A DNA stretch of 64,000 nt from Monocercomonoides exilis PA203 (Eukaryota > Protista > Preaxostyla): contig LSRY02000018.1 of the NCBI GenBank assembly GCA_001643675.2, positions 1,426,001 through 1,490,000 of the forward strand. The letters are read 5' to 3'. This document shows, piece after piece, positions 46,801-58,272 of this stretch; the stretch's first letter is position 1; every line of letters starts with the position of its first letter. A model generated the notes under the pieces. That model had not been told where the DNA came from and ran no database searches. It saw only the letters and a program-made list of their open reading frames with translations. The position numbers and the translations under genes are program-made.

Positions 46801-48761
46801 GAAAAAACAGTCAATTTTCCTTTCACTTTCACTTCTGTTCTTCCCCTCCCTTCCTTCTTCTCCCTTTCTTTCTCATCAGCCTTCGCGATATCTCCGCTGA
46901 TTGCCGCCAAAAGCGATGACTTTCCGCTTCCCACTGCACCCACAACCATTATGAGCTCTCCTTTCTTCACTTTCAGGTTGATGTCTTCAAGCACAACACC
47001 TGTCCGTGAAGCAGCCAATGAAGCATCTTTCCTTTCTTCAGCTCTCTCTGATTGTTTCATAGCGGAACTTTCAGAGGAAGAAGAAGTTTGTTCCTCCTTT
47101 TTCATCTCAACTTTAACTTCTGCGGCTTCTTCTTTCTTTTTCGCCTCTTTCTTCTTCTGCTTCTGCTTCTTTTGGTTTTCTTTCTCCATTTCTGCTTTCT
47201 CTTCATTCATCAACGGAATCGGTAGTGGATCTGCCCATTTGAACATTCCGTTGTTGATAATCACCGAATATTCCCTCTTTCCTCTGTTAACACTACTCGA
47301 ATTTCCATTTCCCTCGTTTTTGTCGTTTCTTTTTTCTCTTTCTTCTTCGTCTTCGTCTTCGTCTTCTCCTTCTTCATATTCTCCATCCTTGATTTCTTCC
47401 ACATACTCCACCCTCTCGTCAGTCATAAGAAACTCAGAAATTCGCTGCGCTGACGACATCACTGCCACAAGCGACTGCAGCACAGATGGAAGTGTTGTGG
47501 CTGCCTTTGTGAATAAGCCCAGAACGTTGGCGATGGGATAGAAAAAGTACATCACATCCGCCTCGCTCACTGCTTCCCCTTTGAAAAAGGCGACCATCGT
47601 GACAGTCTGAAGGATCATAGGAAACGCTATCATCAGAGAGTTCATCATCTGCATCGCAAACATGAACCGCGATGCGTGCCGCAGCTGCACATTCCTCACT
47701 TTCTGTATTCTGTCCAAAAACACAGACTCCAACCCCCCAAGCTTGACTATCCGGATCCCCTGAAGCATCTCGTTTGTTGCCTTCAGACGAGACTCGTTCA
47801 CTTCGAGGTAGCTGTAGTACCCTTTGAACATCTGCCGCGCAATAGCCTTTTGGATAGGAAATATGATGCACACTAGGAACAATGCAATAAGCGAATAGTA
47901 CTTAATCTCAATCATCAAAAGTACAAATGCCCCTATAAGCATAATCGGAAACTGTATGGCTGTGAAAATATCCTTCAGCCAATCTGACAAATTTTGTGTA
48001 TCCGTTGATATCAGCGCTACTAGCTTTCCAACATCGATCTTAGTTTGTGCCGCAATATTCAAATGGAGAGTCTTATCGTAAATCATCGACGTAACGCCTG
48101 TGCGCATCTGCCCTCCGAGATTTGTTATGAAACGGTTTGCGTTTGATTCACAAATCCCAGTAAAAATAGGAATTAATATGAGTCCTAACACGATTCCAAC
48201 AGGAAAAGGAGTAGCTATATTAAGTGAATCGTTCAATCCCTTTTTGGAAAGTGCTTCCAAAAGCCATCTCAAAAGAAAAGGCGTAACAAGTTTCGGTGCA
48301 GCAGTCAACACAATTAAAATTTGTGATAATATAATCCTCCATTTACCCAAACAAAACATAATTGGTAAAATTGATGGCTTTGAGGGAGGCTTCTGAGTAA
48401 ATTTCTTTCCTTCAGTTTCAAAAGAAACCTTTTTAGAATTATATGCTTCCAAGACAGAAGTGTACTTTGAATAGCGAGCCTTCCATTTCTTTTTTATTTG
48501 AGGAAACAAAAGTTCAGCAGAGTTTGCTTTAGCATTTTCACAAACATCTTTTGATACAATAGGCTTAGTTCGAAACACATATCTGAAGAAGAAAAGAAAG
48601 AAAAAATTTGCCAAGAAATTGCTTTGCTCTTCATAATTCTTTGGATGTTTATTGCTTTTGTTTCTGGAGGAGGCTGTGTTCTGAGATCCAGTCTGTGATG
48701 GTTCTTTTTTATTGCAATTATTCTTTTTAATTTCGGTTGATTGCTGGACTGTACTTCTCAT
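43830..48761 (-). CDS. ABC transporter subfamily C (MRP-like), full-length TMD-NBD-TMD-NBD
   Basis: NBD1 GAVGSGKS, IGERGINLSGGQ, ILLDDPLSAVDAHVG. TMD2 FFDTTPTGRILNRFSSD. NBD2 GRTGAGKT, IIPQDPTLFEGTVRSNLD, LSCGQ, VVLDEATANVD, IAHRL. Single 1643-aa ORF. Confidence 0.97.
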   Translation of the reverse strand: MRSTVQQSTEIKKNNCNKKEPSQTGSQNTASSRNKSNKHPKNYEEQSNFLANFFFLFFFRYVFRTKPIVSKDVCENAKANSAELLFPQIKKKWKARYSKYTSVLEAYNSKKVSFETEGKKFTQKPPSKPSILPIMFCLGKWRIILSQILIVLTAAPKLVTPFLLRWLLEALSKKGLNDSLNIATPFPVGIVLGLILIPIFTGICESNANRFITNLGGQMRTGVTSMIYDKTLHLNIAAQTKIDVGKLVALISTDTQNLSDWLKDIFTAIQFPIMLIGAFVLLMIEIKYYSLIALFLVCIIFPIQKAIARQMFKGYYSYLEVNESRLKATNEMLQGIRIVKLGGLESVFLDRIQKVRNVQLRHASRFMFAMQMMNSLMIAFPMILQTVTMVAFFKGEAVSEADVMYFFYPIANVLGLFTKAATTLPSVLQSLVAVMSSAQRISEFLMTDERVEYVEEIKDGEYEEGEDEDEDEEEREKRNDKNEGNGNSSSVNRGKREYSVIINNGMFKWADPLPIPLMNEEKAEMEKENQKKQKQKKKEAKKKEEAAEVKVEMKKEEQTSSSSESSAMKQSERAEERKDASLAASRTGVVLEDINLKVKKGELIMVVGAVGSGKSSLLAAISGDIAKADEKEREKKEGRGRTEVKVKGKLTVFSQIPWIFNGTCKENILFDSPMDTERYNECVSVCCLEPDFAVLGAGDETAIGERGINLSGGQKERLQLARCVYTESDVILLDDPLSAVDAHVGKKLFEECILKVLREKRKETVILATNQVQFADRADAVVVMEEGRIVAKGTKKELEEKGIDLMRLVKEWRKKEKGKESEMKEKKEGKEKNAEDTMESVVQSKDTKENNEEDEAAKENNNKKEEEEEDNESISAEMESSAQTVATTESEMSAEVESANKPSSSGGTDASSSMSSLLASPSPSPSPSSSPSSSPSSFSSSTPSEGTNPTDTNKNTNTAADSSESDEARKAASKMITEEEHLLSSVSWRVYVDYMLKMAPPPVILLYLLLLLVCEGVNTLNYYWMNVASSPTIFPQLVFDWKLGMMGFFAVAFLLLVFARAGVFTVFVRRANVKIHNELASHVVKCPPVFFDTTPTGRILNRFSSDVSKTDTDLPSTFVNGLQMWLGVIGTCIVGGIDWPYFLLFALFVLLLLHAIMLVYPRTSRNLTRLEGIFRSPLMAQFSETLEGSGLSTIRVFQREGIWLARFQQKADEWASAFVLLREGMHWASLMITFLTTLFTIGVTLFGWYFMSASSVGLAVSASNELAWKGTMLVTTAVVVESIMTNLERIQVYSKELPQETDRMEVKPPANWPSEGRMEFENVSFRYRKGLPLVLKNVSFKIKGGEKIGVCGRTGAGKTSIIQALFRLVELDPALMPHDAEEEKSIAAGRSSHSSKGSTSQMKQVSASSSSSDIQLEEGCGFSFAEDPSQLHNNGRILIDGIDISKVALNRLRSSIAIIPQDPTLFEGTVRSNLDLADRHSDEKLWRVLDLAELGDAVRRMEGGLQAHIAEGGLNLSCGQRQLMCLARAILDECKIVVLDEATANVDAETDSKIQHTIRTSFAGQTAIIIAHRLHTIVGCDRILVMDSGEAKEMDTPQKLMEDQNSLFSQLLAHSDMIGKDKVRSQNGGTESTNCNGGKVHAE

Positions 48762-49288
48762 TCAAGTGGAAAAAAAAGGAAAATTTTTCTTTAACGATCT
48801 CTTGAATAATAAAAAAAATGAGACAAGTTATTTTTATTTGCAAATGTTAAATAGCATTAATTGCCGTGGAGCCCAATTCAATCAAGAGAAAGAAAAGTGA
48901 TTGAACAGAAAATGTTAGTTTTACCAGACTGTCAAATATTTAAGCTTTCATGATTTAATAACTGATAATTGTCTTTCAAAATAAGAAAGAAAGAAGTAAT
49001 CTTTGTCCATTTGCGATTTTTTTATTCTCTAAAAAAGCATAGACATATTCTAGGTTTGATTGTTTCAATTATTTGTTTATAAAACATCAACATTAGCATT
49101 AAATCAGAAAAATAAATACTTTCTTCTCATCATGAATAAGCTCAAAGAAAAATTAAAAAGCACTCTGTAATCGGAAAAAAGAACAAAAAACTCTAAATTA
49201 AATATTTGAATACAAAAACAAAATTTCTCATATTTTTATTTATACAGGAAAAAAAAATATTTTCCGAATTATTAAGAAATAAAAAATC

Positions 49289-52247
49289 TCAAGAAACAAG
49301 AGAAAGCAGCTCAATGGCAAGTTTTTGTATTGGTTCATAATGTTGTTCATCTTTCAATTTCACTATCAAGGGAACAAAGGATACAACTCCGTGTAACACG
49401 CGTATTACTTTAACTCCAACATCGTTTCCAATGCAACAAACTCCCAAAGTCTTCAATAGCATTTCAAGTGTTTCTGTACTGCAATCCTCTGTTTCACTTT
49501 TTCTTGACATTTGCATGGTTTTGGATTCTTCCTCTTTGTGAAAAATCCTATGGTGTTCGTCAATAATGGCATTACATAATGAAGGGATCGCAACTTCGCA
49601 CAAAGCTTGATTTGTTCTCTTTTCAGAATCCAAAAGCATGGCAATATTGTGGATGATGCATGCTCCCACCTGTTGGAGTGGTGCCACCGAATAGAAGTCA
49701 ACCATTGAAGAAGCAACAGAAAGAAAGAATGAACATCTATTCGGTGAAACCAGATACTTTGCACCACTTGGTGTTGATATTAAGTTCACAACAATCTGTC
49801 CACATATAACACACAAAGTGAGTTCAGCTTTTGTTAACTTTCTGGAAGACGATGAAAACGGAATTGTTGAATGAGGGAAAGAGCTTGAACTACCAGATGA
49901 AGGGAATGGAGAAGATGAAATGGAAGATGCAGAACAATATTGTGGTGAAGAAAGCGAGGAACTTATGATTGGAAGAACAAACTGTCGAAATAACTCAAGA
50001 ACAGATAAAGGCGCATGAAGAGGAAGTTTTGTAACTTCTGAATGAAAAATCTCAGATGTATTATCCTCAGAAGCAAAACTAACTTTACTTGAATCAAAAG
50101 CAGTTATTTCTGAAGAAGGAGGATCTTTGCACAGTGGAATGCATCCCTTTGAATGCAAAGCAAGAATCCGAAGCAGAGAAAGCACAGGAGGAAGAAGTTC
50201 TGCTGGCCAACAGCAGCGCAGCCGTGTGACAATTGAAACAAGACCTGATGGAAGAGAAATAGTCTCCCGCCGAACATAATTGGTGCTCACAGACTCAAAA
50301 AATGAGCGGACTTGAAGCGAGTTCAGGAAATTTCTGTCTTGAAAAGTCAAAATGCCAGGATTTTGTGGTGCTAGTGCTTTAGAGGGTGGATAGAAAGAGG
50401 CAGAAGCAGGATTAGATGGAAATGGCTTGTAGTTTTCAGATACGACCGAAGAAGAATATCCAACAGAAGAAGGAGGTGAAGGATGAGAAGAAGGATTCGA
50501 AAAGCTATCAAAAGTGAATGCAGATGAAGAGAAATCGAAGAAGGAAGCATCCATCGTTTGTTCCAGAGACAAAATTGGAGATTCAACTGGTAGCAATATT
50601 TCCTCAACAACTGAAAATTGTTCCTTTTCCTTTGTGTCCGAATGTGCTTTTGGAGCAACACTTTTCTCAAGCAGATCTGCATTGTGCAACAAATGTGAAA
50701 GAACACTCTCAACTTCAAAAGACTCAAACAAATACGGAACAGAAGAAGAAAGCAATGGGCATTGAATAACTGGCTCTTCAATATCCATTCTGTTATCTGC
50801 GCAACTTTCTGTTGTGGAATTTTCCTCACTATATATTTAGTTATTTTCAAGTCAAAATATGAATGTTAAAAAAAATTGAATGAAAAAGAAAGAAACAGAC
50901 TCAGATTTCAAATGGGGAAATGTCGAAATAGATTCAAATTCTGGTTTTGTCGAATTATCAACTGATTGATCAAATGATTCCTGTTAATTAAAAAAGATAC
51001 AAATTTGAGTTTAATAAAAGGTGCAATTTAAAAAAAAACACATGATATAGAAATATGTTAGCTTTCATCTTTTAAAAAAAACGTCATCACACATAAAAGT
51101 TTTGCAACTCTGGAAAATTACTCATCTTTTTGAACCGTTCAATGAATGCAGCAGGTGTGACACCTTCTGGAAGCTTTATTCTTTCGAGAATTTCTTTGAA
51201 AGCCTTTTCAGATTTATTCTGTGTTGATTCAGCTTGCAACGTTGCTGTTGATTGAAACATTTTCGAGAACAAGGCAGCTGTTTGAGATGGAGTAAATTTC
51301 TATTTGTTTCAATTGGAATAAACAGTATTTAGAAATTTTTATTTCAAAAATTACTTATTGTTCGCTCATTCTTTATTTAACATGTTTTCAACACACATCA
51401 GCTTGACACTTTAGCGGGTCGCAATTTCCGTAAAATAGTTCGACTAACGGCTTCACTTGCTGTCCAATTGGAGTTAAAAGCATTTCTTTGGTTACATCTT
51501 TCACATCTGTAATTATCAAAAACAAAAATTCAAAAAATTTTTTTGTCATTTTTTTCAAACAGAAACCATGTAACACACAGCTGGGAAGCTGAAAGCTTGT
51601 AAGGAAAATAACAGCATCATTTGCAAAATGAGTACTGTTATTTTCAAATAAATGATAAGTTTGAGAAGTGTATCTGGAATTTATTTCACATAAAAATTTT
51701 TCGAATAATTCTTGAGTTACAGAAGTCTTTCCAAATCTTGAAAAATTCCAAAATCAAAGGATTTAATTATCGTAATATTTTCTTGGACAAACGAAATAGA
51801 TTTATCTGGTGTTCCTGCAACAGTCGCGCCCTGAACATTAAATAAAATAAAATTTTAAATTATCTTTTTTAGAAATTTTTAACGAAAAACAAAAAGGCAT
51901 ACTGCATAATTTCTTGCAAAATATTATTCGAGGAACATGAAAAATTTTCGCATCTTTCAAATATTCACTTTCAATATACTTGAAAAATACCTTTTTATGC
52001 CTCCGCTATAGTAATACTCGTATCCACTTACCATTTGAAAATACATGTTTAAAAAATTATTTTTTGATTATAATTCAAATTGCAAAAAGTTTAACTAACT
52101 TATAAATCATTAATAGATAACAAACAAAACAACAACTCCCACGTGCCAAACAGCTTCAAAATATTTTCCACATAAAATTAAAGATAAGGACTTTGCTAAT
52201 CCATGTGTTAAGTCATACAAATTTAATGTAACAGCATCAGAATTCAT
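49289..52247 (-). CDS. DESI1: PPPDE/DeSI-1 family protein with C-terminal PUL-like ARM domain; catalytic Cys replaced by Ser
   Basis: Spliced N-terminus MNSDAVTLNLYDLTHGLAKSLSLILCGKYFEAVWHVGVVVFGYEYYYSGGIKRNYAGATVAGTPDKSISFGKTSVTQELFEKFL...YHLFENNSTHFANDAVIFLTSFQLPSYVKDVTKEMLLTPIGQQVKPL is collinear with DeSI-1. The last exon (ORF 49289-50788) has PUL-like LLPPVLSLLRILALH. Confidence 0.85.
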
Positions 52248-53109
52248 TTACAGAATAAAAAAGAAAATAGATATGGGTTTGATTTTTAGATATGGTACGA
52301 TATTTTTTGCTTTATGTATTTTGTTCCATTCTGCACATTTAATTAATTTTGAATATTTTGAATATTTTCCTATGTTTTTTTGATGTGAAAATGAAAGATT
52401 TCTCATGACAAGGTTGTGGAAAAAGTTTGGAACAAATTGTTGTTTTTTTCACAAATGCAAGTATTTTGCTCCATATTTAAGAAAGCATGTATTTTGTTTT
52501 CATTAAAATTCACGGTGAAAAAAACAAAATTACTGATAATGAATTGCATGTTTCACATGTTTTAAAGTTGTTTTACGGAAGAAACGAAAAATGAATATTA
52601 AATTGGAAAAAAGGAAAAGTACTGAAAAAACGAATCGAGAAAATCCAATCGGAAAAAAAGAAAGAATAATCTTAGGCATTTTATAATATCTCACAAAAGA
52701 TATTACTGTTATAATTGAGCAAAAAAAGAAAATGTAAATTTCTTGAACTTAAATTGATATAAAAAATACATAAGACGATATGATACAAATGGAATATTCG
52801 ATTGGCCAAATTGGTTGAAATCCCAAAAAAAAAGAAAAATAAGAAAATATTTTTAATTTTTTAATAAAAACGAAAAATTGGTGAGAAACTCACCATTTTT
52901 GGGGGATTTGAACAGAGGAGATTTAAACAACAGCTTAATCAAATAAAAAATAATAAAAAAATACAAAATCGAAATAAATAAAATAACAAGAATTAGAAAA
53001 AGATCAAAAATAAAAAATAAAATGGAAATGATATAAAAAATAATCATTTTTAAAAAAGATGAATAAACAAAACATAATAAAATGTCTGAATTATCAGAGT
53101 AAAAACATA

Positions 53110-56100
53110 TCATAGAGGAACAGATTGGCGAGGAGGTGATGGAGAAGAAGAAGAAATGGAAGAGGTTGAGAAGGAAGAAGAAGAAGAAAAAGAAGAAGAA
53201 GAAGAAGAAGAAGAAGAAGAAGAAGAAGAAGAAGAAGAAGAATGAGTCGTTGAATGAGCAGACAAAAGCAATGGAACACTTGTGATTGGAGTCATATGAA
53301 GAGGAGGGGGAGAAGAAGAAGCAGAAGAAGAAGGATCTTCAACATTTTCAGAGAAGCCCACAAAAGAAGTGAGTTGAGGAATGGAATGGGAGGAAAGAGA
53401 GAGAAGTGGATGAGAAGAGAAAGAGGAAGAAGAAGAAGAAGATGATGATGATATTGAAGAAGAAGGAAAAGAGGAAGGAGAAGAAGAGGAAAAGGAAGAA
53501 GAGGAAGTAGTTGTTGTTGATGTATTCATTCCATTCAGATGTGATGAATGGCTCATCGATGCGACATTGCTGGCAGAGAGAGGTTTCATCACAGGAGAAG
53601 AATTTGGAGTGTTTCCATTGCTGTTGGTGGCTGTGAGTGTGGTTGGGTGTGTGTGGTTGATGGAAACAGACATGTTGGATGAAGATGAAGGAGAGGATGA
53701 AGAAGATGTTGGTGAGGAGGAGGAGGAGGAGGAAGAGGAAGAGGAAGATGTTGATGAGGAGGAAGAAGGTGATATTGGCAGATTGCGTAAAGAAGTTGAG
53801 TGTTTGTCTTGTTTCATATTTGGAAGAGCCAACGGAAGAAGAAGAGGAAGAGGAGGGGTGGATGAAGTAATCGATGAAGATGAAGCAGAAACAGATTGGG
53901 CTGTTACAACAGAAGAAGTGGAAGAGGAATAAGGAGAAGATGAGGAGGAGGAAGAGTATGAAGATGAAGGTGGAATTGGTTCCAACAGACCTTTCAATCT
54001 AATTCTTGACTGATTGTGATGTTTAATCGTTCCTGTTCTTCCATTCTCTCTTTCATGTTGTATTAAAGATGTCCATTCTCTTCCTTCTCCTCTTCCTTCT
54101 CTTTCTCTTCCTTCCCTCCCCTCCTTCCTCTCCTTCCTCCCCTCCTCTCCTGCAATTAACCTCTCCACAGACTCTGCTGCCAGTGTGAAATCGCCAATGC
54201 CCATTCCCATTCGATTCGCCGGAGGAGTGATCAGCTTCGTCCTCTCTCTCTCAAGTGTCCTTCTTCCCACTCTTTCCTTCAGCCTCTCGTTGAACCTCTC
54301 CATCCCATCTTTTCTGCTTGCTCGGCGCTGTCCGCCCAGAAGAGGAGAAGACACAACCTGAAAGGAAAGCAAAGAGGAGCTCGGCTCAATGTGGGTGGAA
54401 GGGAAGGGTGGCTGAGAGGAATCAGAAGGAGAAGAAGATGATGACGATGACGAAGGTATTATTGAAGCAACAGGTGATGATGCAAGTGGAACAGATGAAA
54501 TAACAGATGCCGATGAAGATGAATAAGAAGAAGGCGGAGGTGAAGAAGCTGAGCGTTGTTTGTGTCTCTGCTGTCTTCCACCCAAAATTGGAGACAGTCG
54601 AACACTCCCTCCCATCTTCGCATTTGCCTTCGCTTCGGCCATTTTTGCCTTTTGTGCTTCTCTTTCTGCCCGCAGAATCTTCGCTCTTTCGATCAGCTCT
54701 TTCCTTCTCTGCAGATAAGACAAGGTGCGTGGAGACAGCTGGGAGTGTGGGGCAGCCTTTGGAGGAGAGACATACGAAAGAATGGGGACAGACACAGAAG
54801 AAGAAGGTTGAGCAGGAACAGAAGGAGAAGGAGCAGAAGAAGGAAGGGGAAGAGGATCAGAATGAGAGGCAGGGGAGGAGAGAGAAGAGGGCTGAGTTGT
54901 GTGTGTTTGTTGGATGCTGTCTGTTTGATCAGCATTCGATGAATGTTGAATGGAAGTGCTGTTCTGCATAGCTCTTTCACTGTCTTTTGCAGCAGATGCT
55001 TCTGAACTGTTTGGTAAAGGAGGTGTGGCAGAATGTGACTTGTGTGCTTGTCCATCCACACTGCTGTTCATTTGAGGCGTCAACACTCCTGTCTCCATTC
55101 GCAGAAGGCGCTGTGGAGTCAAACTGTGTTGCTGCTGTTGTTGTTGAGTCTGTTGCAATTGTTGTGATTGAGTCTGTTGATTCTGTTGATTCTGTTGTGT
55201 CTGTTGTGTCTGTTGTTGTTGAATGGGCATCTGTGTCTGCTCCACAAAGTCGAGCGGGTGCTGCAGCAGTGGGCAGAGCGCACTTTCAGACTTTTTGTAC
55301 TCCATCGCCCCCAAAATGACAGGCGCCTGTTTTTTGCTTTTGCCTGTTGGAGTGAAGCCAAGTGACTTCCTCTTCTCGTCTGCTGGTTGTGTGCCGTGTG
55401 TGCGTGTCATCCGCAGAATGGGTGGAGATTGCTGTTGAGCCTGTGGCTGCATTGGCAATTGTGTCTGTGATTGTGACATTGTTTGAGATTGAAATTGAGA
55501 TTGAGACTGTGTCAGCATCTGAGACTGTGATTGTGATTGTATTTGTATCTGTTGTGACTGCATCTGCTGTGTTGTCATTTGAGACTGACTTGTTTGTTGA
55601 TTCGACTGTTGCGTCTGCTGCGAAGGCAAAAGAATATCCTGCTGGTGTTGCAAGAATGGCGAGCTTTTTGTGCTGTGTTGTTTGCTTCCTCTGGAATTGG
55701 AGTGGCTGAGACCAGAAAGACCAGAAAGACCAGAACTGGCAGGAGGGAGCTGGATGTGGCTGGTGTGTGATTTGTGTGCTGTCATTTTTGGTGACTTCAC
55801 ATTTTTGGGTGTTAATGGGCTGAGCAATGGAAGATGCGTCAGCTGAGACAAATGAGATGCTGGCTTTGAATCGCTTTCTTGTCTTGTGCCGATAATTTCT
55901 GTTGTTTTGTCGCTGATATAAATACCTGTTTTGCTTCCATCTTCCAAATACATCGAATGTTCGTGTGAAACATTCATCATCTGACTGTCAGCAATCCTCT
56001 GAACTTGCTCAGCATCAACTCTTCCTTCCTTCCCTTCTTTTGCTTCCTTCATCTCCTTTCCATCTTCACACTCATGTTCCCCCTTTCCTCCACCCTTTTC

Positions 56101-58238
56101 CATTCTTTCTGCCTCTTCTTTCTCTCTCCCCTCGTTCAGCAATGTAATCTGAAGAGGAGACGATGAGCTTGCACTGAATGCAATGCGTGGCGTGATCGGC
56201 TTCAAAGAAGTCTTTTTGATTGCACTGGGTGTGTTGCTATTGTTGTTACTATTGCTATTGATACTAATATTGACATTACTATTGCTATTTACAGTGCTAT
56301 TAATACTGTTGTTTTTGTTGAGTGCAGACTTATCCTTCATCCTCTGCTCACTGATGATTGGTGGCAATGTTCCTCTTCTGGTGTGCAATGTTGGAGGGGA
56401 TTGTTGATCTTGAGATGACTTGGATGATGGAGAAAAAGAGGAGGAATAGGAGGATGGAGTATTTGAAGAAGAAGGAGAACGAGCAAAGCTAATTGAAATA
56501 TCACTTCCTTGACTGTTCATTTGCAACGTGTCAAAATGAGATTCAAGTTCTTCTTCAACATCCTTCTCTGATTTGTCCTCTTCTAACTGCTCTTCACTTT
56601 GGTTGTGAATACTCAATAATTGTTCAGTCTCTTTGTTATTCTTACTCTTCTTCATTGTTTTGTGTTCGTTGTTGCTGTTGTTCTTCACAAATCCTCCGAC
56701 AACTTCTTCACTGTCTTCCTCATTTGCATCTTCTTCTTCATTTTCTTCATCATCGCCATCCTCTTCATCCTCTTCACCTTCCTCTTCCTCATCATCATCG
56801 TTGTCTTCTTCTTCTTCCTTTTCTTCTTCCTTCGTCTTCCTCTTCTTTTTGTATGAAGGAGGAGGCAGTCTGCTTTCGAGTGCTGCTTTTCTCAACTCCA
56901 AAAGCGGGTTCTGTCTTTTCTGCACAACAGACGCAGGAAGAAGATAGTTTGAGTGGGCATCAGGAGAAGAATTGTGTGGGCGATGGATGGATTGGCGAGA
57001 AGAAGAGTGCAGAAGAGAAGGAGGTGTGCAGTGCAGGTGCTTGGAATGGCGATTGTGTTGACTGAAAGAAGAGGAAGAGGAATATGAAGAAGAGGAAGAA
57101 GAAGAGAAGGAAGAATAGGAGGATGAGGATGAATCAACAGGAGGGAGTCTGGCCGGAATGTGAGGCAGTTGAAACTGCTGCTGAAGCTGTTGTTGTTGCT
57201 GCTGCTGCAATTGTTGTGATTGTATCTGCTGTTGATGTTTAGTTGACAGAGCAGAAGAGAAAGGAGCAACAATCATTATAATGGCCGAGCTGTCTGTTTT
57301 ATCTGCCATTCTCTGCAGTCTGCGCTGTGGAGGTGTCATCTCTGGCTTTTGGGTGGATTGGGCTGTGTCTGAAAGGAGAGAAGAGGATTGGGATGGAACA
57401 ACTGTGTCAGATGATGAAGAGAAGGAAGATGATGATATTGTTGTTGTTTTACTCTGAGATGAAGGAGAAGAAGAAGATGCAATAGATTCATTTGATATTG
57501 CATTAGCATTTATATTTGTATTCAAATTATTGCTAGTTTTCTTCCTTTCATCACCATCTTTTTCCTTTTGTTTGATCGAATGCTCCACAAATCCATCCAT
57601 TTCCAGCAGTGTTTCATCGTCCTCTTCTTCCATTATGTCCTGAATGGAGTGCAGATTCGGGGCAAATGTGTCTGGGCTGAACTCTTCTTCGTCTTCGTCT
57701 TCTTCAATCATTGCAATCGTTGTCTTGTCTGACTGTGCAATGTCTTCAGTGAATTGTTCGGGTGAATAAACAAATTCTTCTGAAATGGAATGGATTTCAT
57801 TTGTTTTCTCTTCATTTTGAGGTTCAATTGAACTTGTTGCATTTTCATTGTTGTTTTTGTTCTGTTCCATTTCATTTCCTTTCTGTTTGTTTTCACTTTG
57901 TTCTGCCTCCAACCTCACAACATCAACTGTAATATCAACAACATGATTATTCTGTTGATTCATGTCATTTTGCCGTTTATCAGCAGAAGATGAAACATTC
58001 ACTGGAGTTGGTATTGACGTCGGGGATGATGATGATGATGGTGATATCTTATGTGACATATGCTTCGAAAGGGCATTGTTTGCGTTGTTTGTCTGAATGT
58101 GCTGAAGAACAATTGGAATTGTCGTCAAACTTGGCTCTGCTTGTATCACTCGATTTTCTGTTGAAGCACTCGGAAAATGTGGCTTTTTTGTTCCGGTTTT
58201 CTTTGAAGATACTGTTGGCTTGTTTGTTTCCTTCTCTT

Positions 58239-58272
<34 letters not shown>

